From: a virus
Lineage: Duplodnaviria; Caudoviricetes
IMG/VR virus record: IMGVR_UViG_3300025849_000049
Coordinates: 1-52,931 of that record
Strand: one strand, 5' to 3'
Length of the DNA: 52,931 nucleotides
The translations under genes were made by a program, and so were the position numbers. Position 1 is the first letter of the stretch. Every line of letters begins with the position of its first letter. The notes under the pieces are model-generated. The model was not told where the DNA came from and searched no databases. It saw only the letters and a program-made list of their open reading frames with translations. Shown here piece by piece: positions 29,687-37,678 of this stretch.

Positions 29687-30426
29687 TGGGCGAGTATTCA
29701 AGTATAACAAGAACAGGTAAACATGAACCATTTGAGCTACACGTACAACGTGGTTATGTGCAGGAACATAAGAGTGTTTCTAAGTTTGGTTATGCTACAT
29801 CGGTAAGCGGAACAGAGGTTGCTGTGTTTAATGGAGGCATTGAGTATGTCTACGCTACTAGCGCAGCGCCCATGAACGTATACGCTGGCTCTGGTACAAA
29901 CACAACATCTAAGATTACAATCGAAGGCTTGGATGCAGACTACAACGAACTGTCTAACACCGTTACACTAAACGCCACAACTACTGTGGCCACCAGCGGC
30001 TCGTTTATTAGAGTTAATCGTATGTTTACAAGCAACGATGTGGAAGCTGCAGAGGATGTCTTTGTAAATAACTCTGCGGGAGAGGTTAATAGTCACATGT
30101 TGGCCAATGAGAACCAGTCTCTACAAGCTGTATATACTATACCTGCTGGCTACACTGGTTACCTTGACCAAGTTGCAGCTAACACCGCCACAGAAGTTGC
30201 AAATAAGTTTGTGCGAGTGCGCCTTAAAATAAGAGAGCCAGGTGGTGTCTTTAGAACACGAGCTAAGTTTACTATTGCTGGTGGTAGCTACGAAGAAATA
30301 TTTAAGTATCCAATTGAGATTCCAGAGAAGTCGGACATTGAGATGACCGCTCAGTCTAGCTCTGGTGTTAACGAGGTAGCCGCTATCTTTAATCTATTGT
30401 TAATTGCAAACGAGTACACAGTATAA
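29686..30426 (+). CDS. Hypothetical, probably virion, protein
   Basis: Beta-rich 246-aa ORF coupled on both sides. Confidence 0.65.
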   Translation: MGEYSSITRTGKHEPFELHVQRGYVQEHKSVSKFGYATSVSGTEVAVFNGGIEYVYATSAAPMNVYAGSGTNTTSKITIEGLDADYNELSNTVTLNATTTVATSGSFIRVNRMFTSNDVEAAEDVFVNNSAGEVNSHMLANENQSLQAVYTIPAGYTGYLDQVAANTATEVANKFVRVRLKIREPGGVFRTRAKFTIAGGSYEEIFKYPIEIPEKSDIEMTAQSSSGVNEVAAIFNLLLIANEYTV

Positions 30427-30791
30427 TGTTAAATTTTTTAGGACCAATTACAAATCTTGCCAGTAAGTGGATGGAAGGCAAGCAAAAGAAATCAGAACTT
30501 AAAGGTAAGCTTGAAGAAGCTAAGATTAAGGGGCAGATTAAACGTGCCTCCAGTGATGCAGCGTGGGAGTCCAAGGCTATGGATGCTTCTTCTGATAGCT
30601 GGAAGGACGAGCTATGGACTTTGTTCTTTGTTGGCTTGTTGTGTGCTTGTTTCTACCCACCCGCACAACCATACATTGCAGACGGGTTTAGGTTCTTAAA
30701 GGAAGACTGCCCTGAGTGGTTATCTTGGGGCATCTTGGTAAGTATTGGCGCAAGCTTTGGTGTTAAATCTATTGGAGCCTTAAGGAAATGA
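30426..30791 (+). CDS. Holin-like membrane protein
   Basis: SWKDELW followed by two hydrophobic segments and a basic end. Confidence 0.6.
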   Translation: MLNFLGPITNLASKWMEGKQKKSELKGKLEEAKIKGQIKRASSDAAWESKAMDASSDSWKDELWTLFFVGLLCACFYPPAQPYIADGFRFLKEDCPEWLSWGILVSIGASFGVKSIGALRK

Positions 30792-30792
30792 T

Positions 30793-31440
30793 ATGTGGAA
30801 GGCATCACAAAAAAGTTTAGTATTTTTTACGTTGGTCATTTGGCCGACTTTTTTGTTTGCGCAAAATACACAAGAGGGTGACTTTAATACAAGCACTGTA
30901 AACTCAGACAGTACTGTTAGCAGTAACAACCCCAGCACCACAAATAATTATAACGGAGCGGGAGCAGCTTCAGATGTAACACCGCCCCCATCGGCCATTG
31001 CTCCAACGTATATGTCTAACGGACAAGACACTTGTTTGGCTGGCCGTAGTGCAGCAGTACAAGTAAACGTATTAGGTTTAGCTTTAGGTGGGTATAAGCA
31101 AGATATTGAATGCAATAGAAGACGTGATGCTAAGATATTAAAAGACCTTGGTATGAACATCGCAGCGGTGGCTTTAATGTGTCAAAAGAAAACCATTTGG
31201 ATTTCTATGTTTGATTCAGGTACACCCTGTCCTCTTACTGTTAACGGCAAGCTTATTGTAGGCAGGTCAGCTTTCATGACAATGAAAAGAAACCCTGCTA
31301 AATTTATACCTGATTACGAAAAAAGAAAGAAGCATTACGATAGTGTTCTTAACATTGGAGGGGAAGAAACAGATGAGGAAAATACTGATAGCACTTTGTC
31401 TATTAGCGAGCGTTTCAGGACCAGCATTAGCAGAGACTGA
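30793..31440 (+). CDS. Exported Cys-containing protein
   Basis: N-terminal signal-like segment; PPPSAIAP; four Cys. Confidence 0.65.
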   Translation: MWKASQKSLVFFTLVIWPTFLFAQNTQEGDFNTSTVNSDSTVSSNNPSTTNNYNGAGAASDVTPPPSAIAPTYMSNGQDTCLAGRSAAVQVNVLGLALGGYKQDIECNRRRDAKILKDLGMNIAAVALMCQKKTIWISMFDSGTPCPLTVNGKLIVGRSAFMTMKRNPAKFIPDYEKRKKHYDSVLNIGGEETDEENTDSTLSISERFRTSISRD

Positions 31441-32152
31441 GATTGATAGGCTTGTAGCGGCTAGTCGTTCTATTGCTAACAAGCTTCAACAAGGTAGATA
31501 TGCAGTAGGAGGCTTAGCTTATTACGCCGTAAGGGGTAAGATAGCGCCCGATGGAACTACACTTCCTACTTTTATTACACCTGCAGATGTTGATGCGTAC
31601 AATAACTCTGTTAATGAAGTGTCTAATCGTATTTATTACAACACTCAAATGATGCTAGAAAATCAATACGAAGAAACAATGATTCAATTAGAAACAACAG
31701 TAGATACATTTGTCGAGGCTGCTGCTACGCTGGCTGTTGTTACAGAGGTAGCAGAAAAAGCGGAGGATACAGACCAATCAAACACAGTGCAACAAGAAGA
31801 GCTACAGGATTACATTGTAGCTAATGACGTTTCCCTTAATCAACAGGATGTAAATGAATATAACAATGCACTGTCTGATATTGAAACTTATTCACAAAAT
31901 GCGGCTGCTTTTCTAGCTGCCTCTAAGGATTTAACAATTACAGATTCAGTAGACAGTGGCGCACAAAGCTATAACTTAAACATGTCTAATGCCACTGCCA
32001 CATATAACAAGGCAAACCAAAGTCTTTCATTTTCTTGGACATCGTCAAATTATACTCACGGATTTTATGGGTTTTTTGCTAATGATATGATAAGCCAACA
32101 AGAAATTTTAGGAATGGGTCAAACAATATACGAAGACCAGGAGTACAACTAA
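31373..32152 (+). CDS. Exported acidic helical protein
   Basis: Start moved to 31373: MRKILIALCLLASVSGPALA signal peptide. Confidence 0.7.
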   Translation: MRKILIALCLLASVSGPALAETEIDRLVAASRSIANKLQQGRYAVGGLAYYAVRGKIAPDGTTLPTFITPADVDAYNNSVNEVSNRIYYNTQMMLENQYEETMIQLETTVDTFVEAAATLAVVTEVAEKAEDTDQSNTVQQEELQDYIVANDVSLNQQDVNEYNNALSDIETYSQNAAAFLAASKDLTITDSVDSGAQSYNLNMSNATATYNKANQSLSFSWTSSNYTHGFYGFFANDMISQQEILGMGQTIYEDQEYN

Positions 32153-32547
32153 TGTCATTAGAAGATACAGAGCTTAAAATTGGTGGTGTAAATCTAAAGG
32201 GAGTTTGGATTGCAATAGTAGTGTCTATTGCTACTACTATGGCTGGTGGCATCTGGGCTGTGGCTGAGTTCTATGGTCGTATCGAAGCTGTTGAAGAAGC
32301 AGTGTCTGGCAACGGTAAGGCTGCAGAAAAGCTAACAGTGTTGGGGGCAAACCTAGAAACAATTATGGAAAACCAAAAGCAATTACTTGACATGCGTGAC
32401 AGGGTTTCTGAAGTGGAAAAGACTATGGCTGAGTCAGTATTAAAAGTTAACCAAGCCGCTGAAAAGGCGGGACAAGTTAGTAAGGTTCAACGTGAAATAG
32501 ACGACCTGTGGCGTGGTATGGACGCCTTAGCTAATCCTCTTAACTAA
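32152..32547 (+). CDS. Single-TM coiled-coil protein (i-spanin-like topology)
   Basis: WIAIVVSIATTMAGGIWAV followed by coiled coil. Confidence 0.6.
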   Translation: MSLEDTELKIGGVNLKGVWIAIVVSIATTMAGGIWAVAEFYGRIEAVEEAVSGNGKAAEKLTVLGANLETIMENQKQLLDMRDRVSEVEKTMAESVLKVNQAAEKAGQVSKVQREIDDLWRGMDALANPLN

Positions 32548-33565
32548 GAGCTTCCTGCATCATCTCGTCAATCATTGTATCAAAGGTGTACTTAGGTTCC
32601 CATCCTAACACTTCACGTGCCTTGGTAGCATCGCCCAGTAGTAGCTCAACCTCTGCAGGCCGATAGAACTCTGGGTTAATCTTAACCACAGTGTTACCGT
32701 TCTCATCTACACCAATCTCGTCTGGGCCAGGTTCACCCTCCCAGCGTATACGCATGTCTACTGCACGGAAACACTTCTCTACAAGCTCTCTCACGGAGTG
32801 TAGCGCACCTGTAGCTAGTACATAGTCATCGCCCTGCGCCTGCTGGGTCATTAAATACATGCCATACACGTAATCTTTTGCATGTCCCCAGTCACGCTCT
32901 GCATCTAGGTTGCCTAGCTTAATGTGAGGCTGGTTACCCTTGGCAATATTAGCCACACCCTGTACAATCTTCTGCGTAACAAACTCTTTGCCCCGCCACG
33001 GAGACTCGTGGTTAAACAAGATGCCATTGGAAGCGTGTAATCCATAGCTCTCACGGTAGTTCTTAACCATCCAGTAAGCAAACTGCTTGGCTACCCCATA
33101 AGGAGAGCGTGGATAGAAGGGTGTGGTCTCTGATTGTGGTGTTTCTACGACCTTCCCATATAGCTCTGAGGTGGACGCTTGGTAGAATCTGGTATGACTT
33201 TCCATTCCTAGTGTACGAATGCACTCCAGCAGCCTTAATACCCCCATACCGTCTACATCAGACGTGTATTCTGGCATGTCAAAGGAGACACGCACGTGGG
33301 ACTGAGCAGCTAGGTTGTATACCTCGTCAAATATATTTGTATCAAACAGCCGCATGATGCTGCCTGTGTCTGACAGGTCTCCGTAATGTAGGTGTAGGTT
33401 CTTGTTATCCACCAGATGTGCAATGCGTTGTGATGGTTCAGAAGAAGACCGCCGCTGTAGTGCATGTACTTCATACCCTTTGTTAAGTAGTAGCTCTGCT
33501 AGGTAGCCACCATCTTGTCCTGTAATGCCTGTAATGAAGGCAGACTTCTGTCCAAACTTGCTCAT
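32540..33565 (-). CDS. gmd: GDP-mannose 4,6-dehydratase
   Basis: ITGITGQDG, NLAAQSHV, YQASTSELYG, PRSPYGVAK, GILFNHES, RDWGHA. Confidence 0.97.
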   Translation of the reverse strand: MSKFGQKSAFITGITGQDGGYLAELLLNKGYEVHALQRRSSSEPSQRIAHLVDNKNLHLHYGDLSDTGSIMRLFDTNIFDEVYNLAAQSHVRVSFDMPEYTSDVDGMGVLRLLECIRTLGMESHTRFYQASTSELYGKVVETPQSETTPFYPRSPYGVAKQFAYWMVKNYRESYGLHASNGILFNHESPWRGKEFVTQKIVQGVANIAKGNQPHIKLGNLDAERDWGHAKDYVYGMYLMTQQAQGDDYVLATGALHSVRELVEKCFRAVDMRIRWEGEPGPDEIGVDENGNTVVKINPEFYRPAEVELLLGDATKAREVLGWEPKYTFDTMIDEMMQEALS

Positions 33566-33642
33566 TTTCTTTCCTCTATTACGCCCAGTAAAATTGCAAC
33601 AACAATAATCAAGACTCCAATTGCGTAGTTAGTCAGTGACAT
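33562..33642 (-). CDS. Unannotated 26-aa single-TM peptide
   Basis: MSLTNYAIGVLIIVVAILLGVIEERK; ATGA overlap with the gmd start. Confidence 0.55.
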   Translation of the reverse strand: MSLTNYAIGVLIIVVAILLGVIEERK

Positions 33643-34111
33643 CTGTTTCTTCCTCTTCTTTTTCTTCGTACTCTTCTTCAGGCTCTTCTTGGTCTTCGTC
33701 GAAGTCTTCTGGAAAAGTAGCCATAAGAAGTTGATATACTTTTTCCTTACCGATGACTGTCATTGCTGAACAAATACGTGCCTCAAGACCTTCAAGGTCT
33801 TCTGGGTTATTCTCATCTGCGTTGTTACCACGAACACGTGACAATAGCTCCAGTGCTTTCAGAGCGGTAGCTCCGTTGCCATTAACTTTTGCAGCTTCGT
33901 ATTGTTTTTCTAGCTCTGAGATAACATCTACGTCTGTATTGTATTCCGTCTCCAGCTCTTCGAGTCTTTCTTGGATGTCTGCTCTTTTTAAAAGCTCATA
34001 GCCTTGGTTGTATGCAGACTTTTCACTATACCCTGCCTCTTTAGCAGCAGCAGTTGCATTTCTTCCTATGACATAAGAGGCGCAGAATTTCTCGTGCTTC
34101 TCCTTAAGCAT
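33629..34111 (-). CDS. terS: Terminase small subunit-like protein
   Basis: KHEKFCASYV...NATAAAKEAGYSEKSA...GYELL HTH; start moved to ATG 34111 (GAGGAG SD). Confidence 0.8.
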   Translation of the reverse strand: MLKEKHEKFCASYVIGRNATAAAKEAGYSEKSAYNQGYELLKRADIQERLEELETEYNTDVDVISELEKQYEAAKVNGNGATALKALELLSRVRGNNADENNPEDLEGLEARICSAMTVIGKEKVYQLLMATFPEDFDEDQEEPEEEYEEKEEEETDVTD

Positions 34112-36395
34112 TCGTGTACTCCTCAAAGGTTACTACGTTGTTATTGTAGTATCCGCCCTTCCACACAGCCGCTGCCAGTGTATCTTCTCCGTAGAATGAC
34201 AGGCTTAGTGTATAGTCTCTTCTCTCAAAGAGCTTCTCTAGGTCTTGGGCCAGTGCAAGAAGCTCGCCTGTAGTCCAGAACTTTTCTCCGCCAATCTCTA
34301 CATTCATATAGCGTGGGTTACCCATCTCGTCCTTGTCGTCTTTCTTTACATCGCCCTCTGGAACAGAACAATCAAAACCAAAGAGGTGAATGTTCCTATA
34401 TCCCAATAGCTCAAGCAGCCCTAGCGTGCGTGTGGCTGATGCTGTGCCACCACTTACCAAAGAAGAACCAGGTTTAATACCCAACTTAGGGTCCACAACA
34501 AACTTGTCTTCAATGCTTTCATCTCTTAGCGCATCTGTAAAGGCGTGAAAGCCCTTGACATTGTTCGTACGCTCTAGGATGTAATCAACTACGCCCTCAT
34601 CTGTCATGCTGGCAATATAAAAGGTTGTGTCCTTGTTCATATCCTTAAACAAGTCCTTACGCTTTACACCATGTGTGCTGATGCCGTCGATAGAACGTGG
34701 GTCAAGAATCATACAAGCATCAGGTGTAATCCCTTCTTCCAACAAGCGTGGATAGGAGTGCTTGACACACCAGATTTTTGCATTGTATTTCTTTTGTGTT
34801 TTCCTAACCTTATCAAAGTCAATCGTGCCGCCAGAGACAATCATAACGTGGTCATCTGTTGTCTTGTATTGCTTAACCCAATCCCAGTCATCTATCTTGG
34901 CAATGTTTTCGGTCACACTTTTCTTAATGTGTTCGCTTGGCATTGAGTCTTTAGGCTTAACAATAATAGGAACACGCAACAACTCTGGGGGTATTTTCTT
35001 GTAGCCTTCTTTAATACAAACAGCAAGGTGAACAATACCACCAAAAGCAGTACCGTCTTCAGAAGGCAAGATGTGTTTTGTTTTACTGTCAATAGCAGAA
35101 AAAGTTTTAATAATACCTGTGTGTTCTTCTGGTAATTTTTTGTCTTTTTGTGTTGAATAATAGTCGTCGAAGACAACAATAGGACAGTCCTTAACAAAGC
35201 TGTAATCACTAGCCACCGTATCTAAAGAGTGGCCGCCATCAATAAAAACAAAGTCCACATCGTCATAGCGCAGACCCTTCATTGTTTCTTTTGTATCTCC
35301 TGCATACAGTTTAAAGGTAAACGTCTTTCCCGCTGCGGCTGAACGCTCTTTAAATTGTTCTAGCCTTTCTGTTACAGCTGTCAACGCATTGTGTCCCTTT
35401 ACATTCAACTCAACTGCATCAGTCTCTTCAGTAGCCTGTTCAAACAAATCAAACCCACGATAGTGTACTGTGTCTACGCTTTCAAAGGCAGTCAACGCCA
35501 TCTCGATTGCACGACCACCATTCCATGTGCCAGTTTCCACAATGGTAAAGGTGTCAATGTCTTCTGAATAATGACGAACCAATGCTGCTAGTTTCTTATA
35601 TCGCTGAGGCCCTTGCTTGGAGTTTGCTGGCGTGTCCTTTGATAGCTCAGGATTAGCTGAGGCTTCAAACTTACGCTTGCCTTTGTTATGTGTAAAGTAA
35701 TCGTCAAGCATACACTGGTCAAACACAGAGAACCCACGCACACCCTCTGATAGGTTGCGTGCTTTCATTCCATGAGCCTCATAAATCTTAAGCAGGCGGG
35801 TGAATACAAAAGCATCTGTCCACTCACGATACGCAAACACTTCGTCTGTGTCATACGCACCACGCAGGTCAACCAGCAATGAGCAGGCATTGTGCATACT
35901 TAGATTAAAGCCAATGAAGCCTGTCTCGCTATAGTCAATATCAATACGACCAAGGTGTACAATGTCAACCTCTGGAATTAGAAGCTTAGCTGCATCTTCT
36001 GCCTTAAACATTTTCTTTGTAAGCGTATCGGCATCAAGCCATACCATCCAGTCTTTGCTGTCTGCATCAAGAAGCTCAAAGAACAGGTCACTCATTGCAT
36101 ACACCTTGTGACAGAAGCGAACAGCATCCATACGATAGTTATAAGGTGCTTCACCGAAGCGTCCGTTCTTATCGCTATTGCGTGTAATAAAATCAGTACG
36201 TGCCTGAATGTTCTCTAGGTGACGGTACTCAATAAAGTCTGCTTGTGGTAGGCCATCTGATTTACCATCATAGCCTTCAAGATAAACATGTAGCTTGAAG
36301 TCCGTTGGCTTCCATTTATTGGCAACAGAGTCAAGCATCTTAAGGCCATAGACCCCTTCGTGTTGTTTGTGAAAGCTCGTTACAAAATTATACAT
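34104..36395 (-). CDS. Three-domain protein: glycosyltransferase + SAM methyltransferase + Maf/DUF115-like domain
   Basis: WLDAD; VETGTWNGG, FIDGGH, VFDDY; GITPD...LDP and GGT...LGYRNIHLFGFD. Confidence 0.75.
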   Translation of the reverse strand: MYNFVTSFHKQHEGVYGLKMLDSVANKWKPTDFKLHVYLEGYDGKSDGLPQADFIEYRHLENIQARTDFITRNSDKNGRFGEAPYNYRMDAVRFCHKVYAMSDLFFELLDADSKDWMVWLDADTLTKKMFKAEDAAKLLIPEVDIVHLGRIDIDYSETGFIGFNLSMHNACSLLVDLRGAYDTDEVFAYREWTDAFVFTRLLKIYEAHGMKARNLSEGVRGFSVFDQCMLDDYFTHNKGKRKFEASANPELSKDTPANSKQGPQRYKKLAALVRHYSEDIDTFTIVETGTWNGGRAIEMALTAFESVDTVHYRGFDLFEQATEETDAVELNVKGHNALTAVTERLEQFKERSAAAGKTFTFKLYAGDTKETMKGLRYDDVDFVFIDGGHSLDTVASDYSFVKDCPIVVFDDYYSTQKDKKLPEEHTGIIKTFSAIDSKTKHILPSEDGTAFGGIVHLAVCIKEGYKKIPPELLRVPIIVKPKDSMPSEHIKKSVTENIAKIDDWDWVKQYKTTDDHVMIVSGGTIDFDKVRKTQKKYNAKIWCVKHSYPRLLEEGITPDACMILDPRSIDGISTHGVKRKDLFKDMNKDTTFYIASMTDEGVVDYILERTNNVKGFHAFTDALRDESIEDKFVVDPKLGIKPGSSLVSGGTASATRTLGLLELLGYRNIHLFGFDCSVPEGDVKKDDKDEMGNPRYMNVEIGGEKFWTTGELLALAQDLEKLFERRDYTLSLSFYGEDTLAAAVWKGGYYNNNVVTFEEYTNA

Positions 36396-37162
36396 TACAT
36401 GTTCTCCAGAATAAGTTGTGTTGTTATTTCTTGTTCAGCCTCTAGCCACTCCTCAACATAGACTTCTTCAACGGGGCGGCTAGGCTTCCACTTGTTAAAC
36501 CAAGGACCGCCTGTAGTAAAGTGTACGTTCTTAGCTTCAAGCTGCGGGTCGCTCTGCCCATCAAGCCAGTTCCATTCGGGGTGGATAGGCCCAATCTCGT
36601 CGTCGTCTAGCCAGCCAAACGAATGGAGCCACCCACCAGCTCTAAGGTTTACATCGTCTACTGTAAGCTTTAGATTTGATGGGTGACTGCAATCGAATAA
36701 CATAAAGCTAGACCAGTTCTTTCTGTAGTAGCTTGTCTGTGCTACGCCGTCCATCTTTACCTTGCTGTTTGGTTCATAAGGCTTGTGCTGTACGCACTGT
36801 ACTGCATACTGTGTGTTCTTCCCGTACACCTTAAAGATGCCTGCAATGTCTGCACGTACAAACATGTCGGCATCCATAAACAAGGCTAGACCATCGTACT
36901 GATTTAATGCAGGTACGAGGAAGCGGGTGAAGGTGAAGTCTGTGCTGAAGGGTCTACCATCGAAGGCGTCATAGCGTTGATGCGGTTCGTGCGGGTAGAC
37001 AACAGAAGCCCTGCGATACATACCATTGCGGCGTAGTGCAGGTTCCATCAAGGGAATGATGTCGTACTCTTTGTTATATTTTTTAATTGAATGTGCCAGA
37101 ACCTCTACGGCTCGATGGTCACGTCCATCATATCCAATGTAAATTACTGGTCGTTTGTTCAT
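36395..37162 (-). CDS. GT-A fold glycosyltransferase
   Basis: IYIGYD, STDFTFTRFLVP, FMDAD, NWSS, WNWL, HFT.GGPW; start moved to ATG 37162 (GGAGA SD). Confidence 0.85.
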   Translation of the reverse strand: MNKRPVIYIGYDGRDHRAVEVLAHSIKKYNKEYDIIPLMEPALRRNGMYRRASVVYPHEPHQRYDAFDGRPFSTDFTFTRFLVPALNQYDGLALFMDADMFVRADIAGIFKVYGKNTQYAVQCVQHKPYEPNSKVKMDGVAQTSYYRKNWSSFMLFDCSHPSNLKLTVDDVNLRAGGWLHSFGWLDDDEIGPIHPEWNWLDGQSDPQLEAKNVHFTTGGPWFNKWKPSRPVEEVYVEEWLEAEQEITTQLILENM

Positions 37163-37180
37163 TGTGTCTCCATATAAGTA

Positions 37181-37232
37181 ATGGTGGTGAGCCAAGGGAT
37201 TGAGAGAGAAAGGAGGTTCAGCCCACCACCAT
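37181..37232 (-). promoter_or_regulatory. Leader stem-loop with a pyrimidine-rich anti-SD loop
   Basis: ATGGTGGTGGGC pairs with GCTCACCACCAT; loop contains ACCTCCTTTCT. Confidence 0.7.
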
Positions 37233-37236
37233 GTAT

Positions 37237-37265
37237 ATTATAATAAATTACACAACAAATGTCAA
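37237..37265 (-). promoter_or_regulatory. Consensus sigma70 promoter for the glycan/terS operon
   Basis: TTGACA-N17-TATAAT on the minus strand. Confidence 0.85.
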
Positions 37266-37268
37266 GGA

Positions 37269-37460
37269 TTATTTATGCCACATACCCTTGAGTCTTTTCT
37301 TGGCTGCAAGGTTGGCTTGCTTCTTGTCTTCGTGGGACATGACCGACCAGTTCTCAATGTCACGTCCTGTTCTGCCGCAGTGTATGCAAGTGTCGTGTGT
37401 GTTAGACAACTCGCAGCTTTCTACTTTGGCTTCTGCGCTGGCCTTACAGGGGCTACTCAT
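37269..37460 (-). CDS. DUF1289-like Cys-rich protein
   Basis: SPC...C...CIHCGRT..DIENW. Confidence 0.7.
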   Translation of the reverse strand: MSSPCKASAEAKVESCELSNTHDTCIHCGRTGRDIENWSVMSHEDKKQANLAAKKRLKGMWHK

Positions 37461-37678
37461 AATATATAATGCTCCAACTGTGTGTAACCACCTATGTGCT
37501 TACCGTTAACTTTAATCTGCGGTACTGTTTTCTCGTCAGGGAACAGCTCTTTAAATTCTTTAGCCGTAACCTCTGTGCCGATGCCGTAGTAACCGTAGGG
37601 AATCTTTCGAACCCTACAGAATACTACGGCGTCTCTACAATACTTGCAGCCTTTCTGCCCGTATATCTCTACCCTCAT
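37457..37678 (-). CDS. grx: Glutaredoxin
   Basis: CKYC active site, TVPQI, IGGY. Confidence 0.9.
   Translation of the reverse strand: MRVEIYGQKGCKYCRDAVVFCRVRKIPYGYYGIGTEVTAKEFKELFPDEKTVPQIKVNGKHIGGYTQLEHYIL

Noticed and set aside
32540-37162. DNA hypermodification as the main role of the glycan operon
   Set aside because: No hydroxymethylase or TET/JBP-type gene seen, and restriction sites appear avoided; disfavoured, not excluded
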